Shown piece after piece: positions 1-12,582 of a stretch of DNA of 64,000 nt (position 1 is its first letter; each line of letters opens with the position of its first letter). Position numbers and translations under genes: made by a program. The notes beneath the pieces are model-generated. The model saw nothing but the letters and a program-made list of their open reading frames with translations, ran no database searches and was not told the origin of the DNA. The stretch covers positions 26,350,888 through 26,414,887 of the forward strand of contig NC_081391.1 of the NCBI RefSeq assembly GCF_030684315.1. The letters are read 5' to 3'. This DNA comes from Stegostoma tigrinum. Its lineage: Eukaryota.

Positions 1-344
1 TTTACGTTAAACAGTAAAATGTTCAAGAATTCACCTCATCTCACACCACAAAACCTAGCGACAGATTATAGTTAACTCTTCATAATTCAAACTTTGGAGG
101 TGTGATTTCTGTCACTCCACACAAGTCAGAGGGAGCTTAGAAAATCTCCTCCATTCACCATAACAAAACTCCCCACTCTACCTCCCTCCAGCCACATTGC
201 TTCACATTCCTCTATCCCACATCGTCTCCCCAGCCACTCTCCTATCGTACATTTGCCGCTCCTCTCCTCAACAAATTTTACTGCTGGTTTGTTTAGCAAA
301 AAATCAGCAGCACTGGTTAAATAAGTGAGTGAGAGAAAATGTAG

Positions 345-3300
345 CTACAGGTCCACAGCCTCATCCACCACTTGCACCTCAAATACTTCAAACTGTGGCT
401 GGTAGTCCTCAGTTAAGTCCAATTCAGTACATCCATCTCGAAGCACTTGATTTTGAGGTCTCAAGATGGACGTGATTCGTGCCCGCAGACGACTCTCCCG
501 CTTCCTGCTGGCCCGGAGCTCCTTGGTGACCTTCTCAAAGGCCTCTTTCAGAGCCTCTGCCTTCATCTTCCAAACCAGTGGGCAGCCTACAGTGTAACTG
601 TGCTCAACAGGAATGTAGGCACCAGGTTTGGGAGGTGGATTGGGAATGCGAGCCATATACAACGCAATGGGGACAGGGTCCCTGTCATCATCCAGCTCCA
701 CTTGACAGTCAGGTGATTGTTCATTCAGAAGGACAGACTGAGGCAATGAGATGTCCTTGGAGGCTTCCTCTGTATTTCCAGCTGCCTCCAACTCAACAGA
801 CTGTGAATTCACTTCAATGAGATAAATGACAGCAGGAGTTGTGGCTTCTGGCTCCGGCTGGTTTATGGAGAGTGGTATGTCAGGAGTTGATGGTTCATAC
901 AAGCAGAGACTTTCACTCACTCTCTCTTGGGGATCAGAATAACCCAGAACAAAGGAAGAACCATCTTGAGAAATGCTGAAGGCCATCCCTGAGCTAGTGT
1001 CAGCATTCCTGAGATCAGGAGCAGGTAAACAGGCGCTGCCATCAGTGAAGCTGTTAGATAGATAGGAAGGAAAATAGCTGAAGGTTAATAAAAGGACAGG
1101 GAGTGACCAATTGTGGATATTTTAATGTCAGTTTCCTCCCCCTTTTCTCAAGAACTCTGGAGTGCTGTTCATTCTTCACTGCCTAACCAAAATGACCATT
1201 ATCTGATTGTTGGCATACAAGCAGTAGTTACTGAATACTTGACTGAGATGGCATCACAATGAGCTTGACTGTGCCCTCATTTAACATCTCATAAATAGGT
1301 AACTACTTTAAGATTAAGAGTCTTGGCTCACTTGTCCCTTCCCTAATCCAGTGGTTGGAGACAGGCAGCACTCACCTACCCCTGACAGGAAACCGCAGTC
1401 TCTACATCAACTATCTGGTCTCTAACACCCGAGCATGCACTAGCCATTTGCACCGAGTCAATGAACAGAGTAATAGAAGAAATACAAAAAGCATTTTTAG
1501 TTAAGATATTGATTTCGAGTGAACAGCGTAAATGGTTTCCAAGCAGTATACATCCTGTGAATCACACGGCTGAAGCAGTCACCAGAAGTTTCTCACCATT
1601 CATTGGTGCGTACAGACAATGATTTTGCATTGTGTCCCCCACTCAGCGCCACCTTTGCTTGAGGACATGGCTGAAATAATGTGGGGACAGCGTCATCTCG
1701 CAGGCGGTGATAACGACTGGGGAAAGAAAACAAGGAAAGCAGTGAATTTCCGCCACACACACACACATCTCCCCCCCCCCCCCCCCCCCACCCCACCGGA
1801 AATAAAGCTGGCCTCAATTGTAATGTGTTGGACCTGCGTGATGATGGACCACAGTGATCAGAGGAACCTGGGTCTGATGGTACAAGGCAACAGATTTGAA
1901 AGGCCAGGGTGATCCACCAAACTATGTTCTGATGTTTTGGGAGAACGGACTGGGATCTGTTGGACTGGTGATCAGGTGATCTGGGAACTGATAAACAGTG
2001 GTGATTAGGTGAGCCAAGATCTGATGAGCTAAGGGATCTGATGGACCTTGGCAATCTAAGAGACTGTAAAGATCATGTGGACAAGGATCTGAGTAATACA
2101 GCACAGAAACAGTCCCTTCTGTCCAGCCAGCCAAACATAATCCCAAACTAACTAGTTCCACCCGTATGCACTTGGTCCACATCTCTCCAAACACTTCTTA
2201 TTCATGAACTTGTCTAAATGTCTTTTAAAAGGTGTACCACTTTCTCTGGAAGTGCATTTCACACATGAACCACTCTATGTGGAAAAATTGCCACTCTTTT
2301 TTTAAATCTGTCTCCTCTCAACTTAAAAATATGCTCGCTAATCTTGAAGTTCCCCCACCCTAGGGTAAAAAATCCTACCATCCACTTTATCAATGCCTGT
2401 CATTATTTTATAAACGTCTATAAGGTCGTCCCTCAACCTCCTATTCTCCAGTGAAAGAATTTCCAGTCTATCCAGCCTCTCCTTAAAACTCAAACCCTCC
2501 ATTCCCAGCAAGATCCTGGTAACTATCTTCTGAACCCTCTCCAACTTAATAATTTCCTTTATGTAACAGAGAGACCAAAATTGCATTACGTAACTCCAGA
2601 AAAGGAGTCAGCATAACGTCCCAATTCCTATACTCAAAGGTGTGAACAATGAAGGCAAGCATGCTTAAACACCTTAACCATCCTATCTATATGTGACATA
2701 AACGTCAAAGCCTCGGTCTCTCTGTTCTAGAGCCCTACCCAAAGCCCGACTTCTAACCGTATAAGTCTTGCCTTTGTTCATTTTACCAAAATGCAATACC
2801 TCACATTTATCCAAATTACACTCCATCTACCACTCTTCAGCCCACAGGTGTGATACAATTGATCTGATGTTCCAGGGATTGGGCAAACCAGAGTCTATCA
2901 GGTCTTGGTGATCTGATAGACATGGATCTGGTAATCCATAGTAATCTGTGGAGCAGTGTGTAATAGAATCAGAGAATCCCTACACTGTGGAAGCAGGCCA
3001 TTCAGCCCATCAAGTCTACACCACAGCTCTGAACGGCATTCCACAATACCCCAACCCTATACCTATAACCATGCATTTCCCATGGCCAACCTACCTATAG
3101 CCTGCACATCTTTCAGGGCAATTTATCATGGCCAATCCATCAAACCTGCACATCTTTGATCTGTGGAGAGAAACTGGAGGATCCCTAGCACTGTGCAGTA
3201 GCAGTGCTAAACATTGAACCACCATGCCACTCAAATTATTAATGGGCTGTAGTGATTTGTTGAAGCAGGGCATATTGGACCAACATTTGACAGATGCTAC

Positions 3301-3661
3301 AAATTACCTCAGCCCCACAAGCTCAAAACAGTGTTTCTCAAAATGTTTTGAACAGAAATAGATGAACTGCGACGGTGGATCCCACGGAACTGTCCCATCT
3401 GGATTCTTGCGGCAACAATTCAGCAACCAGATCTCACGCTGATGTCTTCCCTTCTTGGGCAACCTAAGTAAAATGAAACTCATGAGAAGTGAACGTGACC
3501 ACAGTAAAATATGACTGGGTGGGGGATTAAACAGACCTCACTGAGGGAATCAACCTGAGGATAGGGAGAGGTCTCACTGACCTGTGAAACGTGACTCCAT
3601 TAATTCTCGAATCCTTAGTGTCCCGTGATGTGCAGCCCTCAGCCGAGCAGTGTCGGGGCAT
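345..3661 (-). CDS. THAP7: THAP domain-containing protein 7 (THAP zinc finger, HCF1-binding motif, coiled coil); coding exons 3582-3661, 3308-3463, 1597-1716, 345-1050; 353 aa
   Basis: Spliced translation [93 protein letters not shown] matches the THAP7 C2CH domain with AVPT box. C-terminus has [14 protein letters not shown] (EHSY HCF1-binding motif) and a coiled coil. All introns GT-AG; 1062 nt in frame. Confidence 0.92.
2080..2850 (-). mobile_element. CR1-like LINE 3' fragment in THAP7 intron
   Basis: Minus ORF 2338-2586 (QFWS...[27 protein letters not shown]...[14 protein letters not shown]) is a CR1 ORF2 C-terminus. Boundaries approximate. Confidence 0.8.
2965..3232 (-). mobile_element. 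Degraded SINE (HE1-like, CR1-type tail)
   Basis: Minus-strand head GGCATGGTGGTTCAATGTTTAGCACTGCT resembles a tRNA-derived A-box head; tail resembles CR1 3' ends. Family name from memory. Confidence 0.55.
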
Positions 3662-3829
3662 TGCTCTGACCCCTGCATGACATAAGAAGAGTTCACCAGA
3701 GTCAGACCACATTGAACCCCATAGCCAGTAACCGCTCTTTGCTTGCGCCCAAACACACCATCTATTCATTCACACACCCAAATGGAAGCATGCACCATCT
3801 CTCCCCGCAGGCAAACCCTACGAATCCTG

Positions 3830-4770
3830 CTACTCAGTCTCTCCTCTCCCGTCCCCCCACCCCATTCCCTTTACAATTACCCTTCACCTCCCATCTCTTA
3901 TTCCCCCCCCACCCCAAGCTGTCTCTTCTTTCTCACCCTGGTACAAATATCTCTCTCCCTCCTCATTACCTTCTACTCTATCATTCCCCTTCTTTCCTTT
4001 CTCTTCAATCATCCACTCCATCTCTGCCAGCCCAACCCCCTCCTTTCTGTCTTTTAACTCTCTTCTCCCCTTCCCAACCACCCCACACCTTTGCCTTACT
4101 CCATCACCTCACCTATTCCATCTTGCCTGTTCCCACAAGCTTCATCCCTTCCTTCCCCACAGTCCCCTACCCAAATCCAACCCCTCTCAATCCCACCATT
4201 TCACAATTCACCCTTCCAATTTCTCTAATGCCCCATCATCCCCCCCTCCAAATTCACCCTATACCCTATTCCCCTCTTCCTAACGCCACTCCTCATTACC
4301 CAACACTGACACCCACCGCAATTCCCTTCCCACCACCCAGGGTCTCCTTAATTACCCTCCCTCTGACTTTCTCTTCCTCCAGTCATCCCTATTACTTCCT
4401 TCCCTACTCCCACTTCTATATCCCACTCACCACCACCCACTAATCCCCACACATCACCTTTCTCCCCATCCCAATCCTTCCCATCCATCGTATCCAAGTC
4501 ACCCTCCACATACCCATCACTCTCTTGACCATAATCCCCTCCCATTTCCACCCCATATCATTCGTATAATGGCCCCCATTCCCACACCATCCATTTTCCA
4601 CCTACACCCCTCCCATCATCCCCTATCCCTCCATCCGTACCCTGCCCTGCCCCATGACTATAATCTCCTGTCGTTCCCTCATCACCCGACTCCTCGGAAC
4701 CACCCCCAAGCCTATATCCCAATTATCTCTACTCCCACCCCTCCCCCAACAACCCTCTTCCCTCACTCTG
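3830..4770. repeat. C/T-rich low-complexity tract (probable THAP7 5'UTR intron)
   Basis: Almost G-free plus strand; bounded by a minus-strand donor (GTGAGG, 4781-4786) and an acceptor near 3673. Confidence 0.6.
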
Positions 4771-4780
4771 TCCTCGTTGA

Positions 4781-5295
4781 CCTCACCAAAATGGCCGACC
4801 TAAGAGCCTCAAACCTACGTCACGGCACTCAGACGCAGGGCGGAATTGGGAGCAGGTAGCGTTCTTGCCTTCACGACAATGGAAAGCTCAGGTCCAGAAA
4901 TATTCGGGAAGACTCTGAGGAAATTCAGGTGGCTTCAATCAAGACAGCTACGTTTTTCCAGATCGCGATGTCGTTGCGCATGCGGAACAGGCGTTGTCGG
5001 TGGTATCCGCCTTGCGCCTTGACGTCGCCGCCGCGCTGCGCCATGACGCAAGGCCCGGCTGGAGACTGACTGGAGGTTAGTGTCGCCTGAGGGAGCGCGG
5101 CCCTGGGACCCTACCGGCCCAACAGAATGCAACCTAAAGAGTGCGGGTGCCAAGGCAGCCCAGGCCCTGACGATAATTCCGCCACCCCCTCCCCCCGCAG
5201 ACTACTCCAGTACATCAAGGAAAGCGGAGCGGGTCAGGGGTCAATGGCCTCGCCTCGGCAGCTCGCTGATTCGATAGTAGCAAGCACGTGACAGC
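4781..5295. promoter_or_regulatory. CpG-rich bidirectional promoter shared by THAP7 and ZBTB45
   Basis: CpG-dense stretch between divergent genes. YY1-like AAAATGGCCG 4788-4797, NRF1-like TGCGCATGCG 4975-4984, CRE-like TGACGTC about 5020, E-box CACGTGAC about 5285. Confidence 0.7.
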
Positions 5296-5337
5296 GTTCA
5301 CGCCCCCCCACCCCCCAAAAAACTCCATCACGACAAT

Positions 5338-6470
5338 ACCCCCCCGTCCCACGTGTGTGTGTGTGTGGGGGAGGGGAATATCCCCCCCGTCCCACTGCTG
5401 TGTGTGGGGGAGGGGAATATCCCCCCCCCGTCCCACTGCTGTGTGTGGGGGAGGGGAATATCCCCCCCCGTCCCACTGCTGTGTGTGGGGGAGGGGAATA
5501 TCCCCCCCGTCCCACTGCTGTGTGTGGGGGAGGGGAATATCCCCCCCCCGTCCCACTGCTGTGTGTGGGGGAGGGGAATATCCCCCCCGTCCCACTGCTG
5601 TGTGTGGGGGAGGGGAATATCCCCCCCCCGTCCCACTGCTGTGTGTGGGGGAGGGGAATATCCCCCCCCGTCCCACTGCTGTGTGTGGGGGAGGGGAATA
5701 TCCCCCCCCGTCCCACTGCTGTGTGTGGGGGAGGGGAATATCCCCCCCCCCGTCCCACTGCTGTGTGTGGGGGAGGGGAATATCCCCCCCCCCGTCCCAC
5801 TGCTGTGTGTGGGGGAGGGGAATATCCCCCCGTCCCACTGCTGTATGTGGGGGAGGGGAATATCCCCCGTCCCACTGCTGTGTGTGGGGGAGGGGAATAT
5901 CCCCCCGTCCCACTGCTGTATGTGGGGGAGGGGAATATCTCCCCCCCCCCCGTCCCACTGCTGTGTGTGGGGGAGGGGAATATCCCCCCCCCGTCCCACT
6001 GCTGTGTGTGGGGGAGGGGAATATCCCCCCGTCCCACTGCTGTATGTGGGGGAGGGGAATATACCCCCGTCCCACTGCTGTGTGTGGGGGAGGGGAATAT
6101 CAATCCCCCCGTCCCACTGCTGTGTGTGGGGCAGGGGAATATCAATCCCCCCGTCCCACTGCTGTGTGTGGGGCAGGGGAATATCAATCCCCCCGTCCCA
6201 CTGCTGTGTGTGGGGGAGGGGAATATCAATCCCCCCGTCCCACTGCTGTGTGTGGGGCAGGGGAATATCAATCCCCCCGTCCCACTGCTGTGTGTGGGGG
6301 AGGGGAATATCAATCCCCCCCGTCCCACTGCTGTGTGTGGGGGAGGGGAATATCAATCCCCGCCCCACTGCTGTGTGTGGGGGAGGGGAATATCAATCCC
6401 CCCCCCCGCCCCACTGCTGTGTGTGGGGGAGGGGAATATCAATCCCCCCCCGTCCCACTGCTGTGTGAGG
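5338..6470. repeat. ~40-44 bp minisatellite (C)nGTCCCACTGCTGTGTGTGGGGGAGGGGAATAT, ~27 copies
   Basis: Tandem unit directly visible with variable poly-C; 3' copies carry an extra CAAT. Confidence 0.95.
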
Positions 6471-6676
6471 GGGACGGGAACGACCACCATTACCCTCCCC
6501 TGCACAAAATCCTGTTGTGAGGGGAGGAGACAGCCCCACCTACATATGCCAGAATGACACCACCAGCCGCTTCCCTTTCTCCAACCCCCGTGTTGTTCTC
6601 ACACTCTCTCTGTCTTCATTTCCCCCATCCTCACTTTTTCCATTGGTTTGCAGGCAGTGCAGAGCAACTGAGCAGG

Positions 6677-9579
6677 ATGTCGGAGCAGCTTCACAGCATC
6701 AACCTCCAAAACTTTAGCAAGTCACTGCTGGAGACACTGAATTCCCAGCGCCTGGGTGGCCATTTCTGTGATGTAACAGTGAGGATCCACAACACAGCTC
6801 TTCGAGCACACCGCTGCGTTCTGGCTGCAGCTAGCCCTTTTTTCCACGATAAACTTTTGCTGGGTTACAGCGAGATCGAGGTTCCTCCCCTTGTCTCAGC
6901 CCAGACTCTACGGCGGCTGGTGGATTTCATGTACAGCGGCTCTCTGATGGTCTCTCACGTGGAGGCTCTACAAATCCTCACAGCAGCAAGTGTCCTTCAG
7001 ATTAAAACCATCATTGATGAATGTACACGCATTATTTCGCAAAATGCCTCACAAAAGACTCAGGGACTCCAACCATTAGTCAGCCAAAAGATGGACCTTT
7101 CTGATGAGAAAGAAGCCATTATTTGCCAGTCAGTCAGTGACCAGATCCACAAATTTTCTATGGGTTTAATTGAAACGGCATTGTCACCTCATGGAACAGA
7201 GAAAGACTTTGATTTTGTACGCGGAGGTACAAAGAACGTGGCAACAAGTGACACAGGGTACAAAGCTGAAGAAATTAGCCCTAATCTGAGCAGACAAGTT
7301 CCATCTACACGACAAAAGGGAGTTGGAGAACAGGCCATTGCTGACCAGGAGAATCTGTCTCTGATGGACACTGGCCGTAACAGTGAGGTACGTGCTCTAT
7401 GGTACAACACTGCAGCCAATCAGCGTCCAGAAATGCCATTGTTAGCACAAGGCAGCCACAGTCGCAAGCAGCGCCAGCCAATCCGCCTCCAGATGGCAGA
7501 TGGAAGTCAAGTGACCATCAAGGAAGAAGATGATGATCTCCTTTACTGTGGGGAGAGCATCTCCAGTGCAAGTGTCTCCGATCAAACTGCTGAGCATATC
7601 AACCAAAGTGAGCAAACTGAGGATATCTCTGAGACAAATGCCTTTGATCCCAATCAAAGCACAATGGGGGATCGAAGAGATTCTGCGAGTCATTTGAGCT
7701 TGACCGGCAAAGGGGATGAGCTGGAATTTTTCAATGCTAGTGATCTCTTACCTGAGGAACTGAAGTCCTTTTGGCATGGAGAGAAAGAGGAGAAGGAACC
7801 ATCCTTACCACAAAACCGAAAAGCAGACTGCAAGTCTCAACTTGATGCATCCTACCAACGGCCTTCAACATTCATGCAAGACTTTCTCCCAGCATCAGCT
7901 GTGCACAACAGTCCACGAAACCAAGGCTGCTCTGTGCAGTATGATGTTCAGGGAGATAATAATGCAGCCAGTGCTGCCAGTCACCGAAACCTCTTCCAGA
8001 TGAACGTTCCTCAGTCACCTCACCTTCCAGCTCTGCCGTCCACCTCACAGACATGTATACCCAGCATTTCAGCTCAGCCATCTTGCCAAAACCCGGCTGC
8101 GTTTCTAGATGGAGGCCAGACAGTCCCAGCTACCTCTCAGGCCAGTCACAGTTCCAGTGAAACCGAAAAGAAGCCCTATGGATGTGCACAGTGTGGGAAG
8201 ACATTCAGTTCCAGACAGAATTACGCCAAGCACATGTTTGTCCACACAGGTGGGTTCATCATCATTGTTCATTTTAGTTAAAACCATTCTTTCAATCCCA
8301 TTCTTTAACCCAGATGCTATTCCTAGGATGACTGGTGGAGAATAAATAGAGATTTAATTTAAGTTTTCTCCATTTCTTCCCTGAAGGTGCTGACTATCAC
8401 TGGGGCATAGTTCCTAAAGGTTTTGACTTTCACTGCTGTCATTTGCCATAATGAACTCAGTGAGAATAAAATGAGGCTGATCGTGATCATTAAACCTGTT
8501 GCTTTATATGGCCGTGGCTTTATGTAATACCAATAGATGAAAAGCAATCATCACATTCAGAATCAGATCCCCTCACTGACAGGAAAGCAAAGCACCCGAG
8601 CCCTCTGAGCGCCATCAAGACTTATTTTAAATTCTGTGTGATATGTACTAGGAGCACCTATATGTTACTGCAAATTTTGCTGTGGTGCAGCTATCCTCGT
8701 TGGATCAGCCAATGGAAGACCAGGCAGGAATGTCAAGGGTTGGGTGTTAGCTGAGCTGGAAATGGCTAGAATGAGAGTTCCAGGAAGCACAGATCTGGCA
8801 ATTATGGAAAACAAAGACCTGTGGATGCAGGAGCCTGGTTCTCCAGTTCTGGGCCATTTGCCATTTTTAAGAAGGATCAAACTGGAAGCCATCTCCAAGT
8901 ACGTCAAGTCCTGGCTCACTATTACTAGTTACTCGATGCTTTCTCCTCTCCTGGAGATGTTGAGACATATTGCAATATTGGAGGCTGGCCAGCCACCTTT
9001 TTAAATGACCAGGCTCCGAATATCCAGCAAAGTGACAAGGCAGTGGTCAGGAACAATAATTTTGTTTGGTTTTCCTTTATCCCTAGCCTTGTGATGCTGA
9101 TGGTGACCGCCGAGCAACACCACCCTCCACGCCTAATGCTGTTGCATCCGTTACTTAGCTCAGGTTGGCAATGAAAACTGAATATGTGCACGGTCTGCTG
9201 CTTCTCGCACATTAGGCCATCAGTTCATTACCTACTGAATGGTTTTTAATGATGTTCATTTTCTGCCATTGCAGTCTCACTTTTCTCTGATTTACTGACC
9301 TCATTTCTCCCCACCTCTGCAGGTGAAAAACCCCATCAATGCAGCGTGTGTTGGCGGTCATTCTCGCTTAGGGACTACTTGATAAAACATATGGTCACGC
9401 ATACAGGAGTGCGAGCGTACCAGTGCCCGGTGTGCAATAAACGTTTCACACAGAAGAGCTCCTTGAATGTGCACATGCGGCTGCATCGTGGTGAGAAGGC
9501 TTTCGAATGTCACGTCTGTAACAAGCGTTTCTCTCACAAGACTTTGCTGGAAAGGCACATGGCCACCCACATTATATAA
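6677..9579 (+). CDS. ZBTB45: Zinc finger and BTB domain-containing protein 45 (ZBTB20/45 family); coding exons 6677-8249 and 9323-9579; 609 aa
   Basis: BTB domain [26 protein letters not shown]..., [10 protein letters not shown] motif, four C2H2 fingers ending [11 protein letters not shown]. It lacks the fifth finger of ZBTB20. Acceptor TTGCAG at 6648-6653, donor G|GTGGGT at 8250, acceptor at 9322. Confidence 0.85.
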
Positions 9580-10477
9580 ACACGTGTGTGAGGCTGAACC
9601 AAGTAAATTCCACATGTGCTGGATTTACCTGGGATAATATGCATACTGAGCAGACCCACTTCATGCACACCAGGAGGTTGTGGTCAGAGTTATAAATCAG
9701 CTATACAGCAACGGTGTAAACACAGGATGGGATAGTTGAGAATACAGCGCAACATCCCCCCCACCCAACCCCCAAATAAAGCAAGGAAGCTCCCCAGATT
9801 GTTCAGTGAGTGTGCCATCCAGGTGAACGGAGAGCAGAAGGAGTCATTTTAATTCCCAGTCTATGTTGACGTAACTCACCTAGTCAGGATACCGAAGTTG
9901 GCATCTACACCAATGGGAGGAGAACTAGCCAAGGTTCTTGTGTGTTAATTTTGAGTATGGACAAAATCGGATTTAACTCTCACAGTGAAATATTACACAG
10001 GTATTTTCAACCCAGGCTTATGTTAGGGCAGGTCTCTTGGAGCAGCACATGGGTCGTAAATGTCCTGCAAACCCATTTCCAAAAAATAGTTGAATGATGC
10101 TGTTAAATTATGCATAGGAATCTGACAAAAGCTAATTGATCAGTGAAGTAAAAGCGTTATCAGAATAATCTCAGCTTTTGAGAGTTTGCAAACAGCAGTC
10201 CTGATGAATCTGCTCTAGTTTTATAGCTCATTGTGACAGCTGTTCACATTAGATCAAGCTCAAGTTATATTATCTTACTACATGAATTAAATAATAAATA
10301 AACAGCTAGCTAAATCAGTCATGCCATAATATTTTAAACATTGCATGGAATTTTTACTTTGTTAATTAATAAGATAACTGTGGTGTTCTGATGTGTTAGG
10401 GGAATTACAATTGAGAGTAAATTTCTGCTCAGTCACACTCACCATTTTCACCCTCTTCTCAATTTGATTAAAGTTGC

Positions 10478-10684
10478 ATCATTTAACAGTGCCAGTGATA
10501 ATGGGAACTGCAGATGCTGGAGAATTCCAAGATAATAAAATGTGAGGCTGGATGAACACAGCAGGCCAAGCAGCATCTCTCTGATGAAGGGTCTAGGCCC
10601 GAAACGTCAGCTTTTGTGCTCCTGAGATGTTGCTTGGCCTGCTGTGTTCATCCAGCCTCACATTTTATTATCATTTAACAGTGC
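10478..10684. mobile_element. Miniature PLE-derived hairpin insertion with intact hammerhead core
   Basis: ~50-bp inverted arms of the PLE terminus around CTGATGAAGGGTCTAGGCCCGAAACGTC (10581-10608); direct repeat ATCATTTAACAGTGC at 10478-10492 and 10670-10684. Confidence 0.85.
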
Positions 10685-12454
10685 ATTTTGTTTAGGAAAT
10701 TTTCCAGTCTGCGAAAGCACAGTCCTGTGACCCCGTCCCCTTCTCTTCTCACCACCACCTCCATCCCACTCCCTCCATACACATGCCTCCCACTCCTGCA
10801 GTTTATCAGTGATCACTCTCAGCAGATTCCTCAATGTCCCAGGCATTTGATTGTGTTGATAGAGCATCCTTCATTCACAAACCAGGCATGGGCTTCCTCC
10901 CCTCCCTGGTGCATATATCAGGGTTCTGCCTCAGGCAAGGAGGAATAGTATTTGTTCTCAATCTGACACTGGGAAGACCCAGTCAGTAATCCTTGGTAAT
11001 AGGCAGTTTATTTTAGTGAGCTCCTAGCCTGTCTACCGAGCTGATGCTAACATATTCTAAGGAGGCCAGGTACGCCACTGACTTGTAGCCCGACAATGCA
11101 GACCTTCAGAGCTGAGCAGTATCCCCTGTGGTTGGTCACACTGGATTTTGGTGTGTTAGTGAAAGGATAGTCAGTTTGTTTCCTATCCTGGTCAAAGACC
11201 TTGATTGGAGTTGTAAATGTGAAGAAATTGAATGAGGTAAGGACCCAGATTGCACTTGACTATCTCTTTCCCTTTCCTTTGGCACTTACTGTTCAGGTCA
11301 GTAGGTGCAAGCACTGAGAAGTGAACAGTCAATGCCTAATGATTGGAAGTCTTGTAGAAACATGAGACTGCCTTTGTAGGAGGAGGGAGAAAGGAGAATA
11401 AGCTAAGACAACTTGGTAGTGATATAAAAATCCCCAGTTTAATACTCTGCAAAAAACCACAGAAATGTCTACTATTTTGTCTACATTTGTGTGTATAAGT
11501 TGTACTTATTGGATCTGCAAGACTGGATAACAGTCTTGTACTTCAATACAAAGATAAATCACAACAAAGCAAGGAGTGATCCCAGGCCCTCAAAAACAGA
11601 GGGTCTATCAGGGAGCTCTGAGCTGGATTTTTAAATCATTTCCCTACATTCCCTCCTGACTAACTTGTGTTTGAACCTGATCTGCAGCATTGCTGAAACT
11701 GAATCTGAATCAGTTTTCTCGATACTTTACCCAGAGGTACAGATCTGTCGAGTTTTACAACCTTGCTGTGGCTCTGATTTAAAACCACATGGTGTGCTCC
11801 ACAGTGTCGGGTCTGGAATAGTATGCTATTCACTGTGGTATCACTGTTGATGATTGCTGATTAAATGTTTGCCAAGAATTTACATTTCTATATATTGCTT
11901 AACAATAAAATTAAGCAGCAAGATGAAGTAAATTTGACCCATTTAGCTTGATTCTACCAGTGCAGTAATATCTTGTGTATAATGGTTGGAATTGGTTGGT
12001 ACTGTGAAATGAGAAATTCTGACAGTTTCTAATCAATTATCCAAGGTTCTGATGGTTATTGGAAAATGTAGATGCTGCTGATCACATTTAATATTCCAGG
12101 CATATAAGCTGAAAACCTGTCATTGCCGAAAAATGTGCTACAGTAGGCATTCTCCTGACAAATCCTTCAATCTCCTAGCTAAAGAGATCCCATTATCAGA
12201 TTCCTGTCTTTTTGTTGCCCTCTCCCCATTTACCTGTCAATTTTATTATTGGAATCTGTTCGCCTAATGAGACTGAGATTCTCTGACAGTGGCTACACTG
12301 CAGTTGTGCTACAGAGTTCAAACCCATATTAAAGCCAAACCATTTCCACCACGAGTGCCTCAATGGGTGAGTTAGAAAACAGATGGTACACTGACTCACA
12401 AAGATAAGATGCTTGCATTTCCGAGCTGTGCTTTTGTATTCATGTCTGGCAGTA

Positions 12455-12582
12455 TAACTAGTCAGGGACAAAAACAAAGTTGCTGGAAAAGCTCGGCAGG
12501 TCTGCTGAGCTTTTCCAGCAACTTTGTTTTTGTTCCTGATTTACAGCATCCAGAGTTCATTTGGTTCTTAACTAGTCAGGGA
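12455..12582. mobile_element. ~100-bp hairpin insertion from a second PLE-like family
   Basis: ~32-bp inverted repeat ACAAAAACAAAGTTGCTGGAAAAGCTC / GAGCTTTTCCAGCAACTTTGTTTTTGT; 14-bp direct repeat TAACTAGTCAGGGA at 12455-12468 and 12569-12582; same terminus at 41860-41940. Confidence 0.75.

Noticed and set aside
1850-2095. Recurrent GATCTG/GGTGAT words including CTGATGAG
   Set aside because: Degenerate low-complexity repeat with no GAAA partner or stems for a hammerhead.
3712-4443. 243-aa Pro/Ser/Leu-rich ORF
   Set aside because: Low-complexity pyrimidine tract antisense to THAP7; no domain.
5215-6557. Six overlapping 286-410 aa ORFs
   Set aside because: Minisatellite without stop codons in any frame.
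6554-8281. 575-aa ORF as the full ZBTB protein
   Set aside because: It starts upstream of the acceptor at 6653 and runs past the donor at 8250; the true CDS is spliced.
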